The notes below the pieces were generated by a model. The model did no database searches. It had not been told where the DNA came from and saw only the letters and a program-made list of their open reading frames with translations. DNA of 64,000 bases. Origin: Candidatus Krumholzibacteriota bacterium (GTDB lineage Bacteria; Krumholzibacteriota; Krumholzibacteriia; JAJRXK01). The stretch lies in contig CAVXTH010000006.1 in NCBI GenBank assembly GCA_963764625.1, positions 448,001-512,000 of the forward strand, given 5' to 3'. The translations under genes were made by a program, and so were the position numbers. This document shows, one piece after another, positions 45,257-56,518 of the stretch; within the stretch, counting starts at the first letter, position 1; every line of letters starts with the position of its first letter.

Positions 45257-47123
45257 TTGGCCCCCCGCAGTGGCAAGCTCGCCTCCTCCCGCGCTCGGAG
45301 ATGGCGCGGCGCCGCCCTCGCGGCGGCGCTCGTTCTCACCGCTCTGTCGGCGCGAGCCCACGCCGAGGAATTCCTCTGGCCCCTGCCCGACGCCCCGCGC
45401 GCGATGACCGGAACCTTCATGGAGTTTCGTGAGGGCCGCTATCACAGTGGCGTCGATCTGCGCACCCAAGGACGCGAGGGTCTGCGCGTGGTGGCCCCCG
45501 CAGACGCTTCGGTGGCGCGCCTTCGCAGCAGTGCCAACGGCTACGGGATCGCGGTCTACCTGCGGTTGCCCGACGGCCGCGAGCTGGTATTCGCGCATCT
45601 CTCGGCCCTGGCCGATCGCCTGCGGGCTCCGCTGCTTGCGGCCTGGCGGGCGAGTGGGCGGTACGAACAGGACCTTCGACTCCCACCCGGGACGATCCTG
45701 GTGAAACGGGGAGAGCTCCTGGCTCTGAGCGGCTCCACCGGCGTGGGCGCCCCTCATCTCCACCTGGAGCTGCGGGACGCGGCCGAGCGACCCCTCAATC
45801 CCCTGCGATACGGGTTTGCGCTCCCGGACAGCGTGGCTCCTCGCGTCGTGGCGGCCCGTCTGGTGCCGCTCTCGCCCGCATCCACGGTGGAAGGCGCCAG
45901 GGAGGCGCTCGTCCTGGTTCCCGGCGCTTCGGTGGCGGTGGCGGGAAGCCTGGGCATTATGGTCGAGGTCTCCGACCGCAGCGGCTATGCGCCGTTTCGG
46001 CTCGGTCCGGCGGAAGTGAGTGTCGAGCTCGACGGGCACGAGATCTACCGGCTGCTCAACGATTCTTTCGCCTTCTCCCAGACCGGGCAGATGCGCCTCG
46101 AACGCGCCGTGGACCCCAAGAACCCCAAGCGGAGCTGGCTGCGGCTGTACCGCAGACCGGGCAACGAGCTCCCCGGGCGCGTCGCGGACGGACCGAAGGG
46201 AATGAGCTTCGCCCTGAAGCCCCGAGAGCAGGCGACGCTGCGTCTCAGGGTTCGCGACGCGGCGGGGAACCAGGGAAGCGCGGAATTCCACCTGCGCGGG
46301 GAGAATCCGACGCCGCTCGGCCCAAAAGAGGCCGGCCGGTGGGCGGCGTACTCCAGGGAAGACGCGGGGCCCGGTCGAGCTGGCGAAATCCTCGTGGGCG
46401 GCGTTCCGACGGCGCGGCCACTCCGCTGCGCCTTGAGCCCGGGAGACTCCCTCTTCCTCTTCGATCGCGGCGGCAGTGCCCTGTACCCGGGGGGCGTGGT
46501 GTGGATCGAGCCAGCTCAGGGCCGGCTCGCGCGTCCGGAAGGCATGCGCCTGGAAGGCGCGGCCTGGGTGCTGAAGTCGGCTGGCGCGGTGTTTCGCGAG
46601 GGCTTGCAGCTCACGCTCACCACTGTGAAGGAGAAGGATGCCACGAGGCGTGCGCTCTTTTCTTTCGAGCCGAAGCACGGCTGGAGCTTCGTCGCGGGTC
46701 CCTTTGACTCCACCGGCACGCTGCACGGCACGGTCGAGCAGCCCGGGCATCCTGGCGGTATGCCGCGACCGCTCCGCTCCCCAGCTGGGCGAGTTCCGCT
46801 CGAACGGTCGCCCACTCCGCGAGCACCAGATGCTCGCCGCCGTCCCCGACGCCGCGCGTCACCCCCTTCAGGGCCTGACACTTCCTCGTTGGTCGGCCGT
46901 CGCTCTCTCGTTGAAAGACCCCGGAGCGGGCCTTGGCGAGGAGGGCCCCGTCACCCTACTCGACGGACGGCCCTGGCCTGCACGCTGGGATCCGGAAGGA
47001 GAGCGGGTGGTGTTCGAATTCTGGCTCGACCCGGGTTCGGGAAGCCATCGCCTGACGGTTCGAGCCCAGGACCGGGTGGGGAACCGTTCGCAACGCGAGA
47101 TTCGCCTGGATTTCGGCTCCTGA
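45257..47123 (+). CDS. M23 metallopeptidase with extended C-terminus; frameshift near 46745; start uncertain
   Basis: GTFMEFR..HSGVD, GYG, FAHL, PHLHLE. Reading continues in the +1 frame (ILAVCRDRSAP...QDRVGN). Confidence 0.78.
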
Positions 47124-47246
47124 GACCCATTAGCGTGACCCGCTTGCTCTGATCGACCGCATTCGCTAGGGTGGCGGCGGTTGGCCGCGTGAGCCCCAGG
47201 CGCGAGCCCCCCGAACACCATAGCTGCGCAAGCAATCTCGAGGGCC

Positions 47247-50200
47247 ATGAACGGCGAAACCGGCTTCGTCCATCTTCACGTGCACAGCGACTACAGCTTG
47301 CTGGACGGAGCGGTGAAAGTGAAGGCGCTCGCCCGCCGCGCGGCTGCTCTGCACATGCCGGCCCTCGCGCTCACCGACCACGGAAGTCTATTCGGCGCCG
47401 TCGACTTCTACCTCGCGTGCAAGAAGGAGAAGGTCAAGCCCATCCTGGGCATGGAGGCCTACGTCACGCGCGACCGACGTGAGACCTCGCACGAGCGCTC
47501 GGGACCGCTTCACCATCTCGTTCTCTTGGCCGAAACCGAGAAGGGTTGGCACAACCTCATCAAGCTCTCGTCGCTCGGATACCTGGACGGTCTGAACGAA
47601 AAGCCGCGACTGGACAAGGAACTTCTTGCGCAATACCACGAGGGCCTCATCGCTACCGGCTCGTGCCTCAAGGGTGAGCTCAATGCGGCGCTTCTGCAGG
47701 GCAATCTTCAACAGGCGAAGCGCGTGCTCGCGGAGTATCAGGAGATCTTCGGCCGGGATTCGTTCTTCGTGGAGATCCAGAATCACGGGCTGAAGACCGA
47801 GGCGAGGCACCGCGAGTTGGCCGCGCAGTTCTGCGCCGAGAACGGCGCGAGGATGGTCGCCACGAACGACGTTCATTACCTGGAGGCTCGCGACGCGGCG
47901 GCGCACGATGTCCTCATGGCCATCCAAACCTCGCGGACCGTCGACGATCCCTCGCGTTGGCGTTACGAAGGCAACGAGCACTATCTGAAGTCGGCCGAGG
48001 AGATGGCGGCAGCATTCCCTGATTTTCCCGACGCGATGGCGAATACGGTGGAGATCGCGCAGCGATGCCAGGTCGAACTGAAGATGGGGGAGCATCTGCT
48101 GCCCGTCTTTCCCCTGCCGCCACGATTCGAGAGTTCCGACGAATACCTGCGTGAGCTCGCGCGAGAAGGGGCGCGGGAACGTTTCGGCACCATCGACGAG
48201 ACGATTGCCAAACGTCTGGATTACGAATTAGACGTCATCCGCACTACTGGATTTGCCGGGTACTTTCTCATCGTCAGTGACTTCGTCAGAGCGGCGCGCG
48301 AGATGGGGATCCCGGTGGGGCCCGGCCGGGGAAGCGCGGCCGGCAGTTTGGTGTGCTATTCCATCCGAATCACCGACGTCGATCCTCTGGCCCACGGACT
48401 CCTGTTCGAACGCTTCTTGAATCCCGAACGCGTTTCGATGCCCGACATCGACATCGATTTCTGCTTCGAGCGGCGCTCGGAAATCATCGACTTCGTCAAT
48501 CGAAAGTACGGTTCGGAGAGCGTCTGTCAGATCATCACCTACGGCGCCATGCTCGCGCGCGGGGTCCTGCGCGACGTCGGCCGGGCGATGGGCATGAATT
48601 ACGGTGAGGTCGATCGCATCGCCAAGATGGTGCCCGAGCAGCTCGGAATCACTCTGAAGAAGGCGCTCGAGAATTCCGCAGAATTGAGGGAAGTCCGCGA
48701 GGAGGATCCCCGCTATGACCGTCTTCTGGACACCTCGCTCTCGCTCGAGGGCCTGTATCGGCACACCTCGATCCACGCCGCCGGAGTCTTGATCGCGCCG
48801 GGAAGTCTGACCGACAACGTCCCCCTCTACAAGACGAGCAAGAACGAAATCACCACCCAGTGGGACATGAAGATGGTGGAGACGATGGGTCTGCTCAAGA
48901 TGGACTTCTTGGGGCTGCGAACGCTCACCGTCATCGAAAAGGCGCTGGACTTCGTGCGGGATGAGAACCCCGATCTGAAGGACCTGGAGGCGTCGGCCAT
49001 TCCGCTCACGGATCCCGCCGTCTACGAGATGCTCGGACGCGGAGAGACCGTCGGCGTCTTCCAGTTGGAATCCAGCGGCATGCGAGAGGTCTTGCGCAAG
49101 TTGAAGCCGACCGGATTCGAGGACATCACCGCCGTGAACGCGTTGTACCGGCCCGGTCCTCTCGGCAGCGGCATGGTGGAGGATTTCATCGAACGCAAGC
49201 ACGGACGCAAGCGCATCGAGTATCCGCACCCTCTGCTCGAGCCCATTCTGAAGGAGACTTACGGGGTCATCCTCTACCAGGAACAGGTCATGCGTATCGC
49301 GGGAGACATGGCTGGATTCAGCATGGGGCAAGCGGACACCCTACGGAAGGCGATGGGCAAGAAGAACCACACGGTGATGACGCAAATGGAGAGGGCGTTC
49401 GTGGACGGCGCGGTGGAGCGTGGCGTGAAACAGGGGGTGGCGCAGAAGATCTTCGACCTGATGGCCTATTTCGCCGGTTATGGTTTCAACAAGAGTCACA
49501 GCGCCAGCTACGCCGTACTCTCGGTGCGCACCGCATGGCTGAAGAGGCACTATCCCGCCGCCTTCCTCGCGGCCACGCTGACCAGCGAAATGAACAACAC
49601 CGATCGGGTGGTGGCTCTGATCGACGAGGCCCGACATCTCTCGCTCACCGTTTTGCCTCCCGACGTGAACACCTGCACTGCCGATTTCAAGGCCAATGGC
49701 CTCACGATACGCTTCGGACTCGGCGCGGTGAAGAACGTGGGTAGGGGAGCGATCGAGGCTATCGTACAGGTGCGGGAAGAACTGGGCGGAAGCTTCAGCG
49801 GTTTCTACGAGTTTTGCGAGCGAGTCGACGGTTCGCGCGTGAATCGGCGCGTCATCGAGAGTCTCATCTACGCGGGAGCGCTGGACAGTCTGCCGGGCCG
49901 TCGCGAGCAGAAGCTGGAGGTGCTGGATCAAGCGTTGCGTAGAGCGGCTCGTCGTCAGCGCGATCGGCTCCGCGGCCAGGCGGGGCTCTTTGAAAGCAGT
50001 GAAGAGAAGCGCACCACCGAGAGCCCGCTTCCCGAGGTTCCACCATGGGACGAAGGCAAGCGGCTCGAGAAGGAAAAGGAACTGCTGGGTCTCTACCTCA
50101 CGGGCCATCCTCTGAATCAGTATCGCCGAATCCTCCAGTGGCTGAAGCCCGAGAGCACGCTTCAGCTGAGCCAACGGGGCGACGACCGGGCACTCGCTCT

Positions 50201-50771
50201 GTGCGGCGTGGTACACGGACTCAAGACGGTCGTGACGCGCTCGAGTGGACGGATCATGGCATTTCTCACCCTGGAGGATTTTGATGGACCCTGTGAAGTG
50301 ATCTGCTTTCCCGACGTGTACGAGGAGCATCGCGTGTTGCTCTCGAGCGGAGAGGAAATCCTCTTCGTGGCGGGGCGCAGCAGTTCACGTTCCGGCGAGG
50401 AGAGCAAGCTCGTGCTCGAGAAGGCCTACAGTCTCAGCGGTGCGTGCCGGTTCTTGATCCGTTCGGTGAAGGTAAGAGTTCCCGCCGATCTCCCAGCAGC
50501 TCGGGTCGAGGAACTGCTCGCGCTGGTGAAAGCGAATCCCGGGAAAACGCCTCTGAATCTGCGAATCTGTGAGGGGGACTTCGAGGCAGAAGTGACCGCG
50601 ACGCGGGCTTCCGTGGAACCGGTCCCGGCCTTGCTGATGGGGCTTGTGGATCTTTTGGGCGAGGATGCGGTGCAGCCCATTTGTCTGAAGGCGCATGGTT
50701 TCGCGGAGACTCCTCGTGGTGGAGGCCACCGGAGGCGCGGAATGGCCGCGAACGGCCAGTCCAAGCATTGA
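47247..50771 (+). CDS. dnaE: DNA polymerase III alpha subunit
   Basis: PHP domain HLHVHSDYSLLDG, GPGRGSAAGS, FERFLNPERVSMPDIDIDF, KMDFLGL, YGFNKSH, OB domain. No intein seen. Confidence 0.97.
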   Translation: MNGETGFVHLHVHSDYSLLDGAVKVKALARRAAALHMPALALTDHGSLFGAVDFYLACKKEKVKPILGMEAYVTRDRRETSHERSGPLHHLVLLAETEKGWHNLIKLSSLGYLDGLNEKPRLDKELLAQYHEGLIATGSCLKGELNAALLQGNLQQAKRVLAEYQEIFGRDSFFVEIQNHGLKTEARHRELAAQFCAENGARMVATNDVHYLEARDAAAHDVLMAIQTSRTVDDPSRWRYEGNEHYLKSAEEMAAAFPDFPDAMANTVEIAQRCQVELKMGEHLLPVFPLPPRFESSDEYLRELAREGARERFGTIDETIAKRLDYELDVIRTTGFAGYFLIVSDFVRAAREMGIPVGPGRGSAAGSLVCYSIRITDVDPLAHGLLFERFLNPERVSMPDIDIDFCFERRSEIIDFVNRKYGSESVCQIITYGAMLARGVLRDVGRAMGMNYGEVDRIAKMVPEQLGITLKKALENSAELREVREEDPRYDRLLDTSLSLEGLYRHTSIHAAGVLIAPGSLTDNVPLYKTSKNEITTQWDMKMVETMGLLKMDFLGLRTLTVIEKALDFVRDENPDLKDLEASAIPLTDPAVYEMLGRGETVGVFQLESSGMREVLRKLKPTGFEDITAVNALYRPGPLGSGMVEDFIERKHGRKRIEYPHPLLEPILKETYGVILYQEQVMRIAGDMAGFSMGQADTLRKAMGKKNHTVMTQMERAFVDGAVERGVKQGVAQKIFDLMAYFAGYGFNKSHSASYAVLSVRTAWLKRHYPAAFLAATLTSEMNNTDRVVALIDEARHLSLTVLPPDVNTCTADFKANGLTIRFGLGAVKNVGRGAIEAIVQVREELGGSFSGFYEFCERVDGSRVNRRVIESLIYAGALDSLPGRREQKLEVLDQALRRAARRQRDRLRGQAGLFESSEEKRTTESPLPEVPPWDEGKRLEKEKELLGLYLTGHPLNQYRRILQWLKPESTLQLSQRGDDRALALCGVVHGLKTVVTRSSGRIMAFLTLEDFDGPCEVICFPDVYEEHRVLLSSGEEILFVAGRSSSRSGEESKLVLEKAYSLSGACRFLIRSVKVRVPADLPAARVEELLALVKANPGKTPLNLRICEGDFEAEVTATRASVEPVPALLMGLVDLLGEDAVQPICLKAHGFAETPRGGGHRRRGMAANGQSKH

Positions 50772-50863
50772 CAAGCTCTCGCGGACGTTTTTCACTATGA
50801 TTTCACTCTCGGAAATTGGGGCAGGAAGCGATTCCGCGCGCCACTGGTCCCGAGGAGGGCGCG

Positions 50864-51844
50864 ATGGCTGATCCGAAGAAAGCAGGAATCCACCTCGAGT
50901 TCGAGCGGCCGATCGTCGAACTCGAGGAACGCATCCAGGCGCTTCAGGAGTCGGCCAGGGGCACCGAACTCGACGTGAGTTCCGAAGTGGAGCAGTTGCG
51001 TCAGCGGGTGAACAAGCTCGGCGTACAGATCTTCTCCAAACTCGAGCCATGGCAGAGGGTCCAACTCGCGCGTCACCCACGCCGGCCTTACACCCTCGAC
51101 TATCTCGAATTCATCTTCGAAGGGTTCCACGAACTGCACGGCGATCGTGCGTACCGTGACGATGCCAGCATCGTCGGGGGATTCGCGTACCTGGACGACA
51201 AGCCCCTGATGGTCATCGGCCATCAGAAGGGACGCGACACCAAGAGCAACATCTACCGCAATTTCGGAATGCCTCATCCGGAGGGCTACCGCAAGGCGAT
51301 GCGCCTCATGGAACTCGCGGCCAAATTTCGCCGGCCCATCGTGACTTTCGTCGACACCCCGGGAGCGTTCCCCGGTCTGGGGGCCGAGGAACGGGGACAG
51401 GCGGAGGCCATCGCCCACAATCTGAAGGTGATGTCCCGGCTGCCGGTGCCCATCGTGGTGTTCATCACCGGAGAGGGTGGCAGTGGGGGCGCGCTGGCTC
51501 TGGCGGTAGGCGATCGAGTCTACATGCTCGAGAACTCGATTTACTCGGTGATCAGTCCCGAGGGCTGCGCCGCCATCCTGTGGAAGGATCGCTCGAAGGC
51601 GGCCCAGGCCGCGGGAGCCATGCGGATCACCGCCCCTCAGGTCCACAGTCTCGGGGTCGTTGACGGCGTTCTCGCGGAGCCCCTGGGAGGGGCCCACCGG
51701 GACCCCGAAGCCATGGCCTCCACCATCCGCGAGACTCTGGCCCAGTCGCTGCAGGAGCTTTCCAGACTCTCCGTCCAGGCTCTGCTGGACAATCGGCTCT
51801 CAAAGTACCTCAACATGGGGGTTTGGCAGCAGGAGGGAAGCTGA
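50864..51844 (+). CDS. accA: Acetyl-CoA carboxylase carboxyltransferase alpha
   Basis: LEFERPI, ARHPRRP, ELHGDR, NFGMPHPEGYRKA, GEGGSGGA, YSVISPEGCAAILW. Confidence 0.96.
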   Translation: MADPKKAGIHLEFERPIVELEERIQALQESARGTELDVSSEVEQLRQRVNKLGVQIFSKLEPWQRVQLARHPRRPYTLDYLEFIFEGFHELHGDRAYRDDASIVGGFAYLDDKPLMVIGHQKGRDTKSNIYRNFGMPHPEGYRKAMRLMELAAKFRRPIVTFVDTPGAFPGLGAEERGQAEAIAHNLKVMSRLPVPIVVFITGEGGSGGALALAVGDRVYMLENSIYSVISPEGCAAILWKDRSKAAQAAGAMRITAPQVHSLGVVDGVLAEPLGGAHRDPEAMASTIRETLAQSLQELSRLSVQALLDNRLSKYLNMGVWQQEGS

Positions 51845-51852
51845 GGGCCAGC

Positions 51853-51882
51853 TTGACGGAAGCTGTAATTTTCCCGTATTCT
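51853..51882 (+). promoter_or_regulatory. Candidate sigma70 promoter for the Trm112-porU-porV locus
   Basis: TTGACG, 18 nt spacer, TATTCT, followed by an ~150-nt structured leader. Confidence 0.55.
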
Positions 51883-52034
51883 TGAACGAGCCAACCATCT
51901 TTGATTGGGAAGGAGAGGCCACTCACCCCTGGTTTCTTTTTCCCGCCTCCCACATGCGCCGACGAAGGTTTCGTCAGCGTTGTTCTGTGTCTCGCCTAGT
52001 GGTCCCCAAGGGGGCCCATCGAAAGAGGAGCATT

Positions 52035-52298
52035 TTGATCGCAGACGAACTCTTGAAGCTCTTGGTGTGTCCGCAGACGCGCAAACCGGTTCGCGTGGCG
52101 GATGCCGAGCTCCTGGCACGTGTCAACGATCGGATCGCCCGAAAGGAGATCCAGACGCGGGACGGCCGCAGGGTAGAGGAGCCTCTCGAAGAGGCTTTGG
52201 TTCGCGAGGACGGTGCGGTACTCTACCCAGTTCGCGACGGGATCCCGGTCATGCTCATTGGCGAGTCCATTGTCTTGGAGGAAACCCACGAGATTTGA
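52035..52298 (+). CDS. Trm112/YcaR-family protein
   Basis: TTG start after GAGGAG; LLKLLVCP...YPVRDGIPVML. Confidence 0.85.
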   Translation: MIADELLKLLVCPQTRKPVRVADAELLARVNDRIARKEIQTRDGRRVEEPLEEALVREDGAVLYPVRDGIPVMLIGESIVLEETHEI

Positions 52299-52377
52299 TC
52301 TCGACCTTCGGAGGCGGGTTGGTGTTCGCGGCTTGATTCTCTCGCCGGCGCGAGCCCTCCGGAACAAGCAGACTAGA

Positions 52378-55300
52378 ATGAGAGCCGTGACCCAGACTCT
52401 TCGAGTGCTGACGTGGGCCTTCCTCATCTTGGCCCTGACGCGGTGTGTGGCCCGCGCCACCTCCGCGGTCGAGGTGCAGCTCTTGGAGCAGAGCGCGGAC
52501 CGCACTGCCTTTCGTGTGGTCTGGCCCAGCCAGGGCGAGAACTTCGCGAACATCCAGAAGTTCGTGATCGCCGTGCCTTCTGCGCGGCCGCCTCGGCTCA
52601 CCGTCCTGAACCGGCGCGACGCCTACGACCTGGACCCCGACACAACTCAGGCTCCAGCCGGACCGAGCGAACTCGTAACGCTCGGGCTGCCGCACCGGGT
52701 GCGCGGAGTGTGGCGCGTCGTTCTCTCTGTCGCGGCGCGTTACCGCGGCGACGATGGCAGCCGCAGGCGGCTGCAGGAAATCGAGTTCAGCGTGAATCAC
52801 CCCGCCGCGGCCGGTGAATTCTCCGCGCCGCCCCCCTTGGGAATGCCCGATACCGCTTCGCATTTCGCGACCCATTCCTTCGTGAATCCCGCGTTGGCAC
52901 GCTCCTTCCGCCGGGCTTCGATCGCCAGGCAAGGGGTTCAGACCAAGGCGGCGGGAGAGAACGACACTTTCGCGCGCAGCCCGCATTGGCTTCGCATGGA
53001 GATCTCCGAGACCGGGCTCTACCGGCTGCGCTACGAGGATCTGGAGGTCCTGTTGCAGGATCAGGCGGCCTCCATCGATCCCGCGACTCTGCGTCTCTTC
53101 TCCGCGCCGACCCTCCTGCAGAATCTCGATCCGAACGTGGGGGGACAGAGCTGGGAGTCCGACTACGAGCTGAAGGAGCGGGCCATCCACGTCGTGGCAA
53201 TGGCGCCGGCCGCCGGGCTGGGAGCCGGCGACTACATCCTCTTCTACGCCGGCGGAATCGATACTTGGTCGGATCGACACCAGAGCGTGAGCGACCCCTT
53301 TGCCCACGTGGAACACCAATACGCCGATCGGCTCGCGCTCTGGCTGAGCTGGGACCCCATCGGATCGAGCGACTCCGATTTCCCCGCAAGCCCTTTACGG
53401 ATGGCCGCGATCGATGCCACTCCCGATCCGGATCCTTCGCAAGATCTCCAGGACTATCGCGAACGCGTCCACCTGGAAGACTCCGCCGCCATGCGCTACG
53501 GAATCGTGAAGGACAACTGGACCCTCACCAGCTCGCCCCTGCGGGTGGGGGAGAGCTACTCCAAGACCTGGATCGCCGATCACGTGCTGGCGGACAGCAC
53601 CGCCTGGGTCTTCGCGAATCCGGTGATGATACCGGCGAGCAGCATCGCGAGCATCGAGGTACTGTTGAACGGAACGAACCTGGGCAACTACACCTGGTCT
53701 TCCATCCTCCAACTGAGCGGCGGGGGCTTGCGCTTCGCGGGCGCTGTGGCGGCGCCGCAGGAGGGCAGCAATCTGGTCCAGATCTTCAACCGGTCGCCCA
53801 GCACGAGAGTGGATCTCGATCTCATCGATTTGAGCTATCGCCGCGCGCTCTTCACGAGGGCGGGCAAACTCGAATGGATGGTCTTTCCTGATGAAGCCAT
53901 CGCGCCTGTTTCGCGCGCAGCTTCACGTGCGTGACGAGGACCTGGGAGGCGCGGGCTTCAACGCGGAGAGCTACGTCGTCGACACCACCGACCCCGATCT
54001 TCCCGTGGTTCTCACCGGCTCGGCGGTCGACGGCGACACGCACGGTCTTCGCTTCCAGACCACGATCCAGTCCGAGTCTCACTTCGCGGTGTACGAAACT
54101 GGAGCCTTGCTGACGGCGGTGGGAATGCGGTTGGGACGTCCTCGGCTTCTACGCAGTGAGGTGTTTGCACAAGGGGGCTGGGATTTTCTCGCCGTCGGAC
54201 CGGCGAATCTCTTGAGTGGGGTCGATGATCTCGTGAGCTATCACGGCCAAGACTTGCGCGATGGGAACGATCAGCCGCTGGCCTCCCCGCGCGTGGACAG
54301 CGTGAGTCTCCAGGACATCTGGGACAATTTCGGCTACGGCGTGAAGGAGCCGGCTGCGCTGCGCAATTTCTTGAAGTTCTCGTATCTCCATCCGGTCCGC
54401 GGAGAAGCGGGTCGGCAAACCGAATACACTCTCCTGGTAGGTGACGCCAGTCGCGACTACCGCAGCCGCTTGCCCGGCAGCACGGGGGAAGAGGAACGCG
54501 ACCGTTGCCCCACCTTCGTGCAGACCCACTGGCCCCGGAGCAGTGAATTTCTACCGGGCCAAGCGCAGTACGTGCCCTACGCCACCGACGACTGGCTGGG
54601 GGCCTTCGATGCTCCGGACAGTTCGGACACCAACTACGCGCCCTACGACCTGCCCGAGCTAGCCATGGGCCGCTATCCGGTGGCGAATCTATCCGAGACG
54701 CGCTTGTTGGCGCGCCGTGCCGTCGACTACGAGAGCGCGCCGGAGCGGGGAAGCTGGCGCAACGATATCCTTTTGGTCTGTGACGACGAGGTGGGTCTCG
54801 CTTACAACACCCAGAGCGAGAAGGATTCACATCCAGGAGGGAGAGATCCTGGCCGAGAACCTGATTCCCGATGTCGTCGACGTGACGAAACTGTACCTCA
54901 CCGAGTATCCCAATCCGCCGGGTCCGCGCAACAAGCCGGCCGCCCGCGCCGAGATGCGCCGCTCCTGGTCCGATGGAAAGCTCATCGTGCACTACATCGG
55001 CCACGGATCGCCCCGGCAATTGGCCGACGAGAAGGTCTTTCTCATCGAGGACGTATCCGCGCTCACCAACGAGAACCGCCTTCCCCTCTTTCTCGCGTTC
55101 TCGTGCGACGTCTCGATTTTCGATTCCCCCACGGAAAAGAGCATGGCGGAGCAAATGGTGCTTCACGATGGCGGTGGGGCGATCGCGACCATCGCGGCCA
55201 CCCAGGTGAGTTTCGTGCAGTCGAACAACGATTTGACGGAAGACTTCTATCCGCTGCTCTTTCCCAGCGATGATCCCGCGGACACGCCGCCCATCGGCGC

Positions 55301-56441
55301 CACTCTCCGCGACGCGACGGTTGTGCTGGGAGGCAGCGCGTTCACTGACCACAACTCGCTCAAGTATGCGCTCTTCGGCGACCCAGCGCTGCGTCTCGCC
55401 ACGGTGCAGAAGGGTCTGGACCTTTCCGGCGCGCTCGCGGACACCATCGCCACCGGCAGCGTCGCGGGAGTCGTGGGTCGCGCCAGCGACGGGCAACTTC
55501 TTTCCGGCCACTACGAGCTTCTTGCCCGGGAAGCTCGCGATTCCTCGGGCTACACGCGCGTCGACAACGATACCACCATCTTCCACATCCCCTACGTGCT
55601 CGATGGCGCAGCCTTCTTCCAGGGCCAGGGCATCGCCTCGGGCGAGAGTCTGCTGGTGCAGGTTCCGGTTCCCGTCACTCTGCGGGGAGGCAACGACGGA
55701 CGCCTTCGCATGCTCTACGAAGAGGACGGGTCAGGAAGCCGCGAATTGGTCGGAATCTCCGATCCGGTTCCGGTGGTGTTTCGCTCGAGCTCCAGCAACG
55801 ATACCGAGGGCCCCTCGATCCAACTCAGTTTTTCCACCGCCTCCGTCGTCGTCGTTGCGGGAGACACGCTCCGCGTGCGGCTCTCCGATCCCAGCGGAAT
55901 CAACGTGCTCGGCACCTCCCCGGCGAGCCGCATCAGCGTCGATTTCGATTCCCGTGGATTCCCGCTGGACATCACGAGGCTCTTTCGCCTCGACGAAGGA
56001 CGCTTTGACAGTGGGGGGTTGGATTACGCACTGCCCTCCGATCTGGAACCCGGGGCGCACACCATGGAGGTGAGCGCCAGTGATACACGGGGAAATCTTT
56101 CGACCGCGTCGATCAACTTCACTCTGCGCCAGGAGGGCGCGCTGGAAATCACCGACGCGATCGTCGTGCCCAATCCCTTCTCTTCCTCCACGAGATTCGT
56201 GGTCGATTTGAGTGACGCGGCTCGCGTCGAGATCCGTATCTACTCGCTCGACGGACGGCTCATCCGTCGGCTCAACGAGGTTCAGGATCAGCGAGGCGTG
56301 CTCGTGATCGACTGGGATGGGCTGGACTTTCGGGGGGACGAAATTGCAAACGGCGCGTACCTGTATACCGTGCGCGCCACCTTTCTTCAGGCCTCGCTAC
56401 TCACTTTGACCAAGACCGGTCGAGTCGTGAGGATGCACTAG
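52378..56441 (+). CDS. porU: PorU-like C25 (gingipain-family) T9SS sortase; interrupted by two +1 frameshifts (~53910, ~54823)
   Basis: Three consecutive frames join to about 1350 aa: ETGLYRL, LRNFLK, LLVGDAS.DY, TDDW, MGRYP, WRN..L.V.DD, catalytic YIGHGS and FSCD, LFGDPAL, DTEGP, and a C-terminal PNPF...WDG.D..G..IANGAYLY domain. Confidence 0.82.
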
Positions 56442-56518
56442 ATGAACGGCCGTGAAGGGAGAGTGGTGGACTTCATCGCTTGGAGCGCCAACCCAATCCG
56501 ACACAGGAGGACGAATCA

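Noticed and set aside
50768-50801. TTGACA...TATGAT promoter for accA
   Set aside because: The 22-nt spacer is too long for the two elements to act together.
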